Assembly: GCA_026413945.1 (NCBI GenBank)
Contig: JAOAJX010000002.1
Coordinates: forward strand, 118,782-182,781
DNA from: Candidatus Iainarchaeum sp.
Lineage (GTDB): Archaea; Iainarchaeota; Iainarchaeia; Iainarchaeales; DTGL01
Length of the DNA: 64,000 nt
Reading direction: 5' to 3'
Of the stretch, positions 7,551-16,599 are shown piece by piece. Numbering within the stretch: the stretch's first letter is position 1; each line of letters begins with the position of its first letter. Below the pieces are notes generated by a model. The model made no database searches. It had not been told where the DNA came from and was given only the letters and a program-made list of their open reading frames with translations. A program made the translations under genes and the position numbers.

Positions 7551-10502
7551 CTATTGTTGAGCCACATCTGAAAGATGTTTTGTGAGATCAAGGCCGACTA
7601 TTTGAGATCCTGATTTTGTAAGGGTAACTCCTAACACTTGCATCGCATATCTTACAACCACATTGTTGTGAGTAATAACTATTATATGCGACTTCTTAGA
7701 CAACTCTTCTAAAACCTTGCTAACCTTTATTGAATTTACCTCGTCCAATGCAGCATCCGTTTCGTCCAAAAAATAAAGGGGTGCAGGCGCATACAAGAGT
7801 ATTGCAAAAATGAAGGCCAGTGCTGTTAGGGTTTTTTCTCCGCCGCTCATCGCATCTATTGACTGTAAATTTTCTTTGTGCCTTGCTTCAATTATTAGAC
7901 CAGCTTTACTAATATCTTCGTAGTCTGTCAGACTAAGCTTGCCCGTGCCACCAAAAAAGTTGTAAAACATGTCAGAGAAGTTCTTGTTTATCTTCTCAAA
8001 GCAATCCATGAATATTTCTTTCTTCCTGATCTCTATTTTTTGAATCATATCAATCACTGCTTTTTGTTCCTCTTCAAGCTTCTCTATCTTGGACTTGACT
8101 TCCAGAAGAAGTTCTTCTTCTTCCCTTACAGCTTCGCTTGCCCTAAGATTAACTGCACCAATTGTATTTAATTCACGATCAACGTCAGATAACATTTTTT
8201 TCATATCCTTAATTGGAACATCCTCTATGATTTGTGTCTTTGGAATCTCTTTTAGCTCTTCTTCAAGGTCTGCTAAACGCACTTCTGCTTTGCCAATTTC
8301 AATCCTTATTTCGTTGCTTTCGCGTTCTGCTTTAACTGAATCTGCTTCAACAAGGTTGAGCTCTGTCTTAAGCTTTTGAATCAGGCCTAAGAGACCTTCT
8401 TTCTCCTCAAGAAGTGAAGCTATCTGTTCACTCCTCTTAAGCTTCTTCTCCTCTATCTTGGCAAGTTCTTTTTTGAGGCTTTCTAATGCCTTTGTTTTTT
8501 CCTCTTTTTGCTTGTTGAGCTGTTGCTTTTCAGATGAAAGCTCATTGATGCGAGCTCTTAAGGTCGCAATCCTTTCAGCAATATTCTCTATGTTAACTTC
8601 AGAAACACGCAAATTGCTTTCAAGAGTTGAAAGCTGGTCTTTTAATTCGGCTAGCTGTGAATATTTATCATCATAGCTAAAGTCTGAAAGCTCATCAAGA
8701 AGTTCTCTTTTTTCCGTACGGATTCTGTTAAGAGAAGATATCTTCTGTTCAAGAGCTGATATTTCGCCTGAAAGTACTTTAAGATCCTTTATGCTTCTTT
8801 TTTCCTCTTCTATTTTGAGTTTTATTTCATCTACTCTCTTAATCTCTTTTTCCTTGGCTTGCAATTCTTGAGATATTTTTGAAAGCTTACCTAACTCTAA
8901 TTCGGTTTCCTTTATCTTATTTCGAATCTCTTTGAGGTTTTCTACGATAGATGCTTTTTGCATTTCAGAATTTTTCAATTCCTTAAGCTTTTTTTCATGG
9001 AGTTTTTTCTTTCTTTCTGGGTTTATATTGCTGTCACAAATAGGGCATTTTGCTGATGCGCTCTCTATGCTAACAATTGCCTCTTTTAGCTGATTTATAA
9101 GCCCGGTCTGCAATCCATCTTTGGTTAAGAGATCTCTCTCAAGTTCCTTTAGCTTTTTTAGCTTTTCCTCTAAAGATTTGGATTCAAGAACATTCAATTG
9201 CTCTTTAAGATTTGAAATAGATGTTCTTAGCTGATCACAATCTGTTAATTCAGCAGATAGCTCTTTTATTCTCTTTTCCCTTAAGTCATTTTCACCTTTT
9301 ATTTCTCCAAATTCTTTTTGCTTTGTCTTTATTGTGTCTTGCAGATTTTCTATCTCTTGCTCAATTGAACGTATTTCTTCCTCAATTTCTGCCTTTCGCA
9401 AAGAAAGTGCCTCACTATCTTTCTTCTTTTGCTGAATTTCGCTTTCCATGGAGTTTATTATCGAATTCTGCTCTTCAATCTCAAGCCTTATTGCCTCTAT
9501 TTGCTGTTGCTCTTCTTCCTGCCTTCTAAGCAAGCTTTGCAGCTCTGTGGCAAGTGAGTTTTCTTGTGATTCAATTTTTCCAACTGCTTTGGAATTGGCG
9601 CTTATTATTTCCTCCGAAACCCTTATCTCAGTTCTGAGCTCTTCTGCCTTTGCTCCAAACTCAAGATATATTTGTTGCTGTTCTTCAACAATACTCTTGC
9701 TTAATTCTTCGCTTTTCTTTTCGAATTCTGAAATTTTTTTGCTTATTGATTCTTTTTCAGATGACCTTTTAGACACTTTTTCCTGAAGTAGCCTAAGCCT
9801 TTCTTTATTCTTTTCAATTTCCTGCTTTATAGCTTTTGCTTCGGAGTTTATTATGCTTGCCTTAAGCATATTTCTCCTTTCAACAAGGCCTTTATAGCGC
9901 TCTGCCTGCTCACGTTCCTTTTGCAGTTGCTCTAACCGCGCAAGTTTTTCTTGAAGCACGAGCTTAACATCCTTTATCCTTTCATTTACCTTATCAAGGT
10001 TAAGCTGTGCTTCTTTGCGCTTTATCTCAAATTCTTCTATGCCTGCAAGCTCATCAATTATTGTGCGCCTCTGCTCTGGATTCATCTCTATTATGCGAGT
10101 TATATCGCCTTGTGCTATAAAATTGTGCTTGCTTCTAAGCCCCAACTCTTCAACAAGTGAAACGAGCTCATTAAGCGTAACCTTCTTATCATTGATCCTG
10201 CATTCACTACGTCCCTTGTTGTCTATAAGCCTGCTTATTAGTATCTCTTCATTATCGCGCTTAAGCTTAAGCTCAACCTTTGCATATTTTTCGGCTGAGC
10301 TGTAATTTACAAGCTCTGTTATCTTTCCCATCCTCAAGCTTTTCATTGATGTCTCGCCGAGGACAAAAAGCATCGCATCGAGAAGATTGCTTTTTCCAGA
10401 GCCATTTGGGCCTATGATTGCGGTAAGGCCTTTTTTGAAAGGTATCTCTGCGCTTCTGAACGATTTAAAGTTCTTGAGAACGAGCTTCTTTATTTCAACC
10501 AT
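7551..10502 (-). CDS. rad50: Rad50/SbcC-type SMC-family ATPase with a central zinc hook.
   Basis: N-terminal Walker A (GPNGSGKSN), a long coiled coil, a central CPICD (CxxC) hook, the C-terminal LSGGEK signature and a Walker B (FLDETDAALD). 983 aa. No mre11 is adjacent. Confidence 0.7.
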   Translation of the reverse strand: MVEIKKLVLKNFKSFRSAEIPFKKGLTAIIGPNGSGKSNLLDAMLFVLGETSMKSLRMGKITELVNYSSAEKYAKVELKLKRDNEEILISRLIDNKGRSECRINDKKVTLNELVSLVEELGLRSKHNFIAQGDITRIIEMNPEQRRTIIDELAGIEEFEIKRKEAQLNLDKVNERIKDVKLVLQEKLARLEQLQKEREQAERYKGLVERRNMLKASIINSEAKAIKQEIEKNKERLRLLQEKVSKRSSEKESISKKISEFEKKSEELSKSIVEEQQQIYLEFGAKAEELRTEIRVSEEIISANSKAVGKIESQENSLATELQSLLRRQEEEQQQIEAIRLEIEEQNSIINSMESEIQQKKKDSEALSLRKAEIEEEIRSIEQEIENLQDTIKTKQKEFGEIKGENDLREKRIKELSAELTDCDQLRTSISNLKEQLNVLESKSLEEKLKKLKELERDLLTKDGLQTGLINQLKEAIVSIESASAKCPICDSNINPERKKKLHEKKLKELKNSEMQKASIVENLKEIRNKIKETELELGKLSKISQELQAKEKEIKRVDEIKLKIEEEKRSIKDLKVLSGEISALEQKISSLNRIRTEKRELLDELSDFSYDDKYSQLAELKDQLSTLESNLRVSEVNIENIAERIATLRARINELSSEKQQLNKQKEEKTKALESLKKELAKIEEKKLKRSEQIASLLEEKEGLLGLIQKLKTELNLVEADSVKAERESNEIRIEIGKAEVRLADLEEELKEIPKTQIIEDVPIKDMKKMLSDVDRELNTIGAVNLRASEAVREEEELLLEVKSKIEKLEEEQKAVIDMIQKIEIRKKEIFMDCFEKINKNFSDMFYNFFGGTGKLSLTDYEDISKAGLIIEARHKENLQSIDAMSGGEKTLTALAFIFAILLYAPAPLYFLDETDAALDEVNSIKVSKVLEELSKKSHIIVITHNNVVVRYAMQVLGVTLTKSGSQIVGLDLTKHLSDVAQQ

Positions 10503-10520
10503 GTGATAACCACTTGCAAT

Positions 10521-11318
10521 TTATTTTTTGTGTTTTGAATAATAGAGCGCTAAAGCACCAATGCAAAAAGCTGAGTTAAAAGTTCCAAATGCGGAAAATA
10601 TCGCAAATATAGTTATGTTATCATCAAAAGGCTCAACCACAATATTGTACAAGAGAGCTGTCAAAAGCAGCACCAAAAGCAAGATAAAGCACAGCAGAAC
10701 AGTAGCCCAAAAGTGATTATTGACAAAAGCCCAATTTTTTTTCAGGGCTTGTTTAGCATTTGTTTTTTCCTCTGCAAGCGCCGGCATAACAAAAGTAAAC
10801 AGCCGTATGCAGATTATCAAAAAAATTAATAAAAACAAGGCAATTAGGCCAAAGTAAAGGTAAAGGTTAGGTATTGGCAATAATGCAACGACAAAAAAAA
10901 GGGTAAAGGCTGATACGAAGACAAGGAACATTATTCCTGAAAGCACAATAGCATTCCATAAAGAGCCAATCGCAAAGGCCAAAGCGCTTATGATACTTAT
11001 TTTTTTCTCCTTTGAAATTATGATTCGGCAATAGTAAATACTTACAAGCAGGAAAACAGCTAAGCTCAAGAAAGCATAACCAACAATGTAAAAAAGACCT
11101 TTTGGGTTTACACTATAAAAATAAGATAAGGCATGAAAAGGATTGCTCAGGGGAGCCTCTTTTGTTGATATCAGGTAAATAAAATCCAGAAGTTCAAGCT
11201 GGAAAAAAACAGATATATTTGCCAAGGCAAACATTGTGATGAAAACAGGCACAAGAGCAAAAGGCCTTTTAAACATCATGCCCAAAGAGCCTGACAAAGC
11301 ACCAAGCATATTTATCAA
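10521..11318 (-). CDS. Polytopic integral membrane protein of unknown function.
   Basis: Six to seven hydrophobic helices and no recognisable motif. Confidence 0.5.
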   Translation of the reverse strand: MINMLGALSGSLGMMFKRPFALVPVFITMFALANISVFFQLELLDFIYLISTKEAPLSNPFHALSYFYSVNPKGLFYIVGYAFLSLAVFLLVSIYYCRIIISKEKKISIISALAFAIGSLWNAIVLSGIMFLVFVSAFTLFFVVALLPIPNLYLYFGLIALFLLIFLIICIRLFTFVMPALAEEKTNAKQALKKNWAFVNNHFWATVLLCFILLLVLLLTALLYNIVVEPFDDNITIFAIFSAFGTFNSAFCIGALALYYSKHKK

Positions 11319-11719
11319 TTCTAATAAGTAATTGAATGTTTATATAACTTTCCTTGAACTGCATAAGCCAATAAGTAAATCCGGAAATAACCAAATTTAA
11401 AAAAGCGTAACAAAAGGAATATAAACTGCAAAAAAGACCTGGACCTTGAGAAAAAAAGCAAAGGACTTAAAGGCAGAATTAGAAAAGTGCCGAGTTGACC
11501 CAAAAAGGAAGCTTACACGTTGGGAGTTAGGCTGATTGTACGACAGAATTCTACTTCGTTGCAGGTAAAATTCACCAGAAGAGCTTCTGTTAGAGCTCGA
11601 GGCGATCTAATAGGCAATATCAAAAAGCAAGGCCTCAAAAAAAAGGCATTGGCTCACAGTGCAAAGAAATGCCATAATGGCGCTTCTTGAAAATTTATAT
11701 GGTGAAAAGCATTAGTCGC

Positions 11720-12682
11720 CTATTCCAAAATCTCAACATCATCAACTTGGCCATCGCTATCAAGGTCAAGGCCTTCAACCACATGCGCAATTCTGCCTTC
11801 TGAAAAGCTATTTGGCATTGCCATTTCTGCTGTCTTGAGCATTAAAGCAAGCACTGACGCTTTAGTGCCAACGTTCCTTTTGCCGGCAAGAAAAAGTATG
11901 TAGCGCCCTTCAAAGAAAGGGTGCTTTATTTTTTCCACAATGCCAACTGAATCCTCAGTATATTCTTTTTCTGAGTTTTTGCTCTTTATAACCCAATGAG
12001 CATTTTTTTGTAAAAATCTAATGCTCAGATGCTCGTTAACCTCTGCACTGGTTTTATTTGTTATAGGGCCGCCCACCACAATAAGATTTGAATTTTCCTC
12101 GTTTATATTGCCAACCATAGTATCTAAGTATACAAACGGCTGTTTTATGCGGCTGCAAAAAAGCCCAAGAAAGCATGAAAGTTCAGCAGCAATGTGTGCA
12201 TCCCGTGCTCTTGCCTTAAATATTCCGTGTGAATCTGGCGCACCTATAACAATTTTCGCATCTAAAGCACCATTTCTGATGAAAGGATAGAAAAAATCAT
12301 TAATTGCTTTTGGCACGCTCTTTTCTTGGCCAATTATCTCTGTGTTTGACTTTTGCTCTGGAAAAGGCACAAATGCAAAACATTTTTTTGTTGCAACATA
12401 GTATTTTGCAAGCCCACCTTGCTTTTCCTCCTTTTTTGTCATCTCCAAGAGGCCTGCGCTCTTCAGTCTGTTGATATAGTAATAAACTTCTTGCTGCCCA
12501 AGGCCTAATTTCTTAGCAAGTTCTGCAGGATATTTTTCGCCAGAAGCAAACTCGCAGAATATGCGCCAACATTTTTCATTAAGAAGAGGCCTTATGGCTT
12601 CTGGAGATTCAAGAATTTCGCAAAAGCTTTGGTAAGTTTTGCCGTTTTTTTCAAATGAAACTCGGCCTTCCAAAAATAACAC
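11720..12682 (-). CDS. Putative transcriptional regulator with an N-terminal winged HTH and an uncharacterised C-terminal domain.
   Basis: The N-terminal ~90 aa look like a wHTH (AELAKKLGLGQQEVYYYINRLKSAGLL). It is divergent from the glmS operon. Confidence 0.4.
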   Translation of the reverse strand: MLFLEGRVSFEKNGKTYQSFCEILESPEAIRPLLNEKCWRIFCEFASGEKYPAELAKKLGLGQQEVYYYINRLKSAGLLEMTKKEEKQGGLAKYYVATKKCFAFVPFPEQKSNTEIIGQEKSVPKAINDFFYPFIRNGALDAKIVIGAPDSHGIFKARARDAHIAAELSCFLGLFCSRIKQPFVYLDTMVGNINEENSNLIVVGGPITNKTSAEVNEHLSIRFLQKNAHWVIKSKNSEKEYTEDSVGIVEKIKHPFFEGRYILFLAGKRNVGTKASVLALMLKTAEMAMPNSFSEGRIAHVVEGLDLDSDGQVDDVEILE

Positions 12683-12866
12683 CTAATAAAAATATATTAC
12701 CACTAAAAAATAATTTTTAATTATAGTATGAAAACATTTTTATATATATGCTATTTTACCAAAAAAGACCTAATAACCATTTTTTAGAGGTTATTTGCTT
12801 ATTTTAGTGGCTTTTATATACAAAAAATCATAATTTTATATTAATTAGCTTCCTACCGGTGCGCTT
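12683..12866. promoter_or_regulatory. AT-rich divergent promoter region between the wHTH regulator and the glmS operon.
   Basis: Multiple TATA-like elements (TTTATATATATG, TTTTATATAC) lie on both strands within a 184-nt gap. Confidence 0.3.
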
Positions 12867-14618
12867 ATGTGCGGAATAGTTGGCGTAATATCTGAAGAGC
12901 AAAATGCAGGTATTTTAGCATATAAAGCCCTCAAAAAGCTTGATTACCGTGGGTATGACAGCTGGGGTATTGCTATTTCAAACGGAAAAGGGATAAGCAT
13001 ATATAGGCAAGTAGGCAAAATAGGTGAGTTGCCAAAAAAAATGCATTGTGGCAATTTAGCAGTAGCGCATACAAGATGGGCAACGCATGGCAAAGTATGC
13101 CAAAAAAACACCCACCCGCACGCATCACTGAATAAAAATATTTTTTTAGTGCACAATGGCATCGTTGAGAACTTCCAAGAGTTAAAGTCCTTTCTAAAGA
13201 GTAGTGGTTTTTCGTTCAGAAGTGATACAGATACAGAAGTAATTCCAAATCTTATAGAACTTTATATAAATAGAGGTAAAAGCCTAAGAGATGCGACAAG
13301 ACTCGCACTAAAAAAAATCAAGGGGAGTTTTGCAGTAATTTTATTTGCAAAAGGTCACAATTATATGATTGCCGCCAAGCGTGACCTTCCATTAGTGATT
13401 GGCATCGCTGAAAGAAAAAAATTTGTTGCAAGTGATCTACTTGCTATTGCCAAAAAAGCACGAGGTTTTTTGTTCCTAAGCGACAACGAGATTGCCGAGA
13501 TCGGTAATGAGGCAAAGTTCTTCGATATCGGAAGTGGAAGGCCAAAGTTTAAGAGGTTTGAACACCTTGCTGTTGATAATCTCGAAAGTTACAAAAATGG
13601 CAACAAACACTACATGATTAAAGAAATAAAGGAGTGTCCAATTGCAATGAAAAATGCCTGTATTCAGCCAATAGAATTGCTAGATAATACTACAAAAGAG
13701 ATCCGAAAAGCAAAAAAGATTTTTTTAATTGGCTGCGGCACAAGTTACCACGCGGCTCTTTTCGGTGCATGGTTATTTCGTAGCATAGCAAAAAAAGATG
13801 CTGTTGCAGTTTTAGCACCAGATCTTAAAAGCTATAGCAAACTCCTGGGAAAAGCTGCTTTGGTTGTGGCGCTGTCACAAAGTGGTGAGACTGCCGATGT
13901 AATCGACGCTGTGCGCCTTGCAAGAAGAAGTGGTGCGAAAATTTTATCCCTAACTAATGTTTTTAACTCTACGCTTACAAGACATAGCCACATAAAAATG
14001 ATGATGAACGCTGGCCCTGAGATTTGTGTTGCATCTACTAAAAACTATGCCGCACAGATTTCACTGCTTTATCTTCTAGCCAATGCATGTATAAGCAGAA
14101 GAAACTATGCAAAAAAGGAAATTTTTATTGCTGCAAAACAAGCACAAGAAACAATTAGAGAAAACAGCAGAATCGCGAGAGCTATTTCAAAGAAGCTAGC
14201 TAACTCCAAAAGCGCTTTTGTGATAGGCTCAGAAGAAAACGCTTTTGTGGCCTTTGAAGGCGCATTGAAGATTAAGGAGGTTAGCTATATACATGCTGAA
14301 GGTCTTCCGGCCAAGGAACTAAAGCATGGAACAATAGCGCTCGTAGAAAAAGGTCTGCCTGTTATCGTGATATGCACCAAAAGCGATGACTTTGCCTTGC
14401 ACAGCGCACACGAGGTAAAATCTAGGGGTGCTTTTGTTATAGGCATATCTACAGAGAAAAACAATGTATTTGACTTTTTCATAAGAGTGCCAAGAGGCCC
14501 TCTTAGCAGCCTTCTAACAGCAATTCAATTGCAGCTTATAGCATATTATCTTGCAGTCGAGCGAAAAAATGATCCAGATAAGCCGAGAAACTTAGCTAAG
14601 TCTGTAACTGTTAGGTGA
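12867..14618 (+). CDS. glmS: Glutamine--fructose-6-phosphate aminotransferase (isomerising).
   Basis: MCGIVG N-terminal nucleophile Cys, two SIS domains and an overall length of 583 aa. Confidence 0.9.
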   Translation: MCGIVGVISEEQNAGILAYKALKKLDYRGYDSWGIAISNGKGISIYRQVGKIGELPKKMHCGNLAVAHTRWATHGKVCQKNTHPHASLNKNIFLVHNGIVENFQELKSFLKSSGFSFRSDTDTEVIPNLIELYINRGKSLRDATRLALKKIKGSFAVILFAKGHNYMIAAKRDLPLVIGIAERKKFVASDLLAIAKKARGFLFLSDNEIAEIGNEAKFFDIGSGRPKFKRFEHLAVDNLESYKNGNKHYMIKEIKECPIAMKNACIQPIELLDNTTKEIRKAKKIFLIGCGTSYHAALFGAWLFRSIAKKDAVAVLAPDLKSYSKLLGKAALVVALSQSGETADVIDAVRLARRSGAKILSLTNVFNSTLTRHSHIKMMMNAGPEICVASTKNYAAQISLLYLLANACISRRNYAKKEIFIAAKQAQETIRENSRIARAISKKLANSKSAFVIGSEENAFVAFEGALKIKEVSYIHAEGLPAKELKHGTIALVEKGLPVIVICTKSDDFALHSAHEVKSRGAFVIGISTEKNNVFDFFIRVPRGPLSSLLTAIQLQLIAYYLAVERKNDPDKPRNLAKSVTVR

Positions 14619-14623
14619 TTGCT

Positions 14624-15970
14624 ATGGGAAAGCTTTTTGGAACTGATGGCATAAGGGGCATTGCAAATGAATTTCCTATGGAGCCAAATGCAATTGTTTC
14701 AATAGGAAAAGCCGTAGGTACTTATTTGAGTAAAAAATATATGAGGCCTAGCATTGTAGTTGGCAAAGACACTCGCCTTAGCGGATACATGGTTGAGAAT
14801 GCAATCACATCAGGCCTATTGTCATCAGGCTGTGACGTAATGCTTGTAGGCCCAATGCCAACCCCTGCAATATCTCACCTTATAAAATCCTTGAATTGCG
14901 AGGCTGGAATAATGATAAGCGCCTCACACAATCCTGCAGAACATAATGGGATTAAAGTTTTTGATGAAAATGGCTTCAAGCTATCTGAAGAATTTGAGAA
15001 AAACATAGAGAAAATCTTCTTCTCTGAGAAGAGTCTCTTAAAAAATAAAAGAAAAGTGGCTATAGGCAAAGCCCAGAGGATTGATGATGCAAGAGGTCGC
15101 TATATAGAATTTGTGAAAAGCACCATTGAAAACTGTTCTCTCGAAGGACTTAGGGTTGTGGTTGACTGCGCAAATGGTGCAGCTTATGCGATCGCACCAA
15201 AAGTTTTTTCTGAGCTTGGGGCTGAAGTTAATGCAATAAATATATGCCCAGATGGCCTCAATATAAACGAAGGGTGCGGTGCACTACATCCTGAAAAAAT
15301 GTGTGATATTGTAAAAAGAACAAAAGCTAATTTTGGTGTTGCATTCGATGGTGATGCCGATAGGCTCATAGTTTGTGACGAAAAAGGTGTTGTTGCGGAT
15401 GGTGATATATTATTGGGTTTGTTTGCAGAGAATATGCTAAAAAATGGATTTTGGAGGGAAAAAGCTGTAGTCGCGACAAAAATGAGCAATATGGGTCTTG
15501 AAATGTTTCTCGCTGAAAGGGGCATAAAGCTAATAAAAACAGATGTTGGCGACAGGAATGTTGCTGAAAAAATGCGCGAACAAGGTATCTTGCTTGGTGG
15601 GGAGAAATCTGGTCATTTGCTTTTCAGAAAATACAACGAAACGCCTGATGCAATTGTTGCTGCGCTGCAGCTTGCAAAGCTTTTAAAAGAAGAACAAAAA
15701 AAGCTCAGCATTTTGAGGTCAAAAATCTTTCTTTTTCCACAAGTGATAATAAATGTGCCAGTAAGGGAAAAGAGGCCTCTTCAAAAGACTCATGCGGTTA
15801 TGAAAGAAATAAAAATTGCTAAAGAAATCCTTGGTTCTGAAGGCCGAGTTTTTGTAAGATATTCTGGAACTGAAAACTTAGCAAGAGTAATGGTTGAAGG
15901 CAAATCGGAAAAGGTAATTAAAAAAATCGCAAGAGGAATAGGATCAGCAATAAAGAGTGAGCTCGGATGA
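14624..15970 (+). CDS. glmM: Phosphoglucosamine mutase or phosphohexomutase.
   Basis: GTDGIRG region, a phosphoserine loop (SASHNPAEHNGIK) and a GDGDADR metal-binding loop. Confidence 0.85.
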   Translation: MGKLFGTDGIRGIANEFPMEPNAIVSIGKAVGTYLSKKYMRPSIVVGKDTRLSGYMVENAITSGLLSSGCDVMLVGPMPTPAISHLIKSLNCEAGIMISASHNPAEHNGIKVFDENGFKLSEEFEKNIEKIFFSEKSLLKNKRKVAIGKAQRIDDARGRYIEFVKSTIENCSLEGLRVVVDCANGAAYAIAPKVFSELGAEVNAINICPDGLNINEGCGALHPEKMCDIVKRTKANFGVAFDGDADRLIVCDEKGVVADGDILLGLFAENMLKNGFWREKAVVATKMSNMGLEMFLAERGIKLIKTDVGDRNVAEKMREQGILLGGEKSGHLLFRKYNETPDAIVAALQLAKLLKEEQKKLSILRSKIFLFPQVIINVPVREKRPLQKTHAVMKEIKIAKEILGSEGRVFVRYSGTENLARVMVEGKSEKVIKKIARGIGSAIKSELG

Positions 15971-16587
15971 GACCAAAAAAAATAGTTAGTGAAGCAGAGA
16001 AAATTATCGAAAAAAGCAGGCCAAATTTTTGGGAAGTTATAAATCTTCTTGACTATTTGGATCTAAAAAAAACAACTGACAAGAATAATATTGAGAAAAA
16101 TGTTGTTGTAAATGGAGTTTTATGTGCAGCCAAAGGAGCAATAATAAAATCAGGCACATATATTGAAGGTCTTGTTTATGTTGGCAAAAATAGTGTTATT
16201 GGCCCAAATGCATATTTAAGAGGTAATACAATAATAGATAAAGATTGCAAAATCTCAAACTCTGAGGTTAAAAATAGCATACTCCTAGAAGGAGCTAAAG
16301 TGCCACACTTTTCGTATATTGGTGATTCAATAATTGGCAAAAGTGTAAACATGGGTGCGGGTTCAAAAATAGCTAATTTGAGAATGGATGGCTCCACTGT
16401 TAAAGTTGACTTTTTTGGAGATAAAGTGGATTCTGGTAAACGAAAACTTGGGGCTTTAGTAAAAAACGGGGCAAGCATAGGCGTAAATGCAACTTTAAAC
16501 TGCGGCGTAATAATAGGAAAAAATTGCATTATATATCCTGGCACATTTGTAAGGAAGAGCGCCAAAGATAATGAGAAAATCTTTTAG
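15967..16587 (+). CDS. Hexapeptide-repeat (left-handed beta-helix) acetyltransferase resembling the GlmU C-terminal domain.
   Basis: Repeated [LIV]G hexapeptide units, and its start overlaps the glmM stop. It lacks an N-terminal nucleotidyltransferase domain. Confidence 0.55.
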   Translation: MRPKKIVSEAEKIIEKSRPNFWEVINLLDYLDLKKTTDKNNIEKNVVVNGVLCAAKGAIIKSGTYIEGLVYVGKNSVIGPNAYLRGNTIIDKDCKISNSEVKNSILLEGAKVPHFSYIGDSIIGKSVNMGAGSKIANLRMDGSTVKVDFFGDKVDSGKRKLGALVKNGASIGVNATLNCGVIIGKNCIIYPGTFVRKSAKDNEKIF

Positions 16588-16599
16588 AACTTTGAAATG

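Noticed and set aside
8089-10305. Multiple Ser/Leu-rich plus-strand ORFs of 70-110 aa.
   Set aside because: They are antisense to the Rad50 coiled-coil region. The low-complexity translations arise from antisense K/E-rich codons.
7551-10502. Considered calling this gene an SMC condensin subunit.
   Set aside because: There is a central CxxC zinc hook instead of a hinge, and the length is ~980 aa. This fits Rad50/SbcC better.
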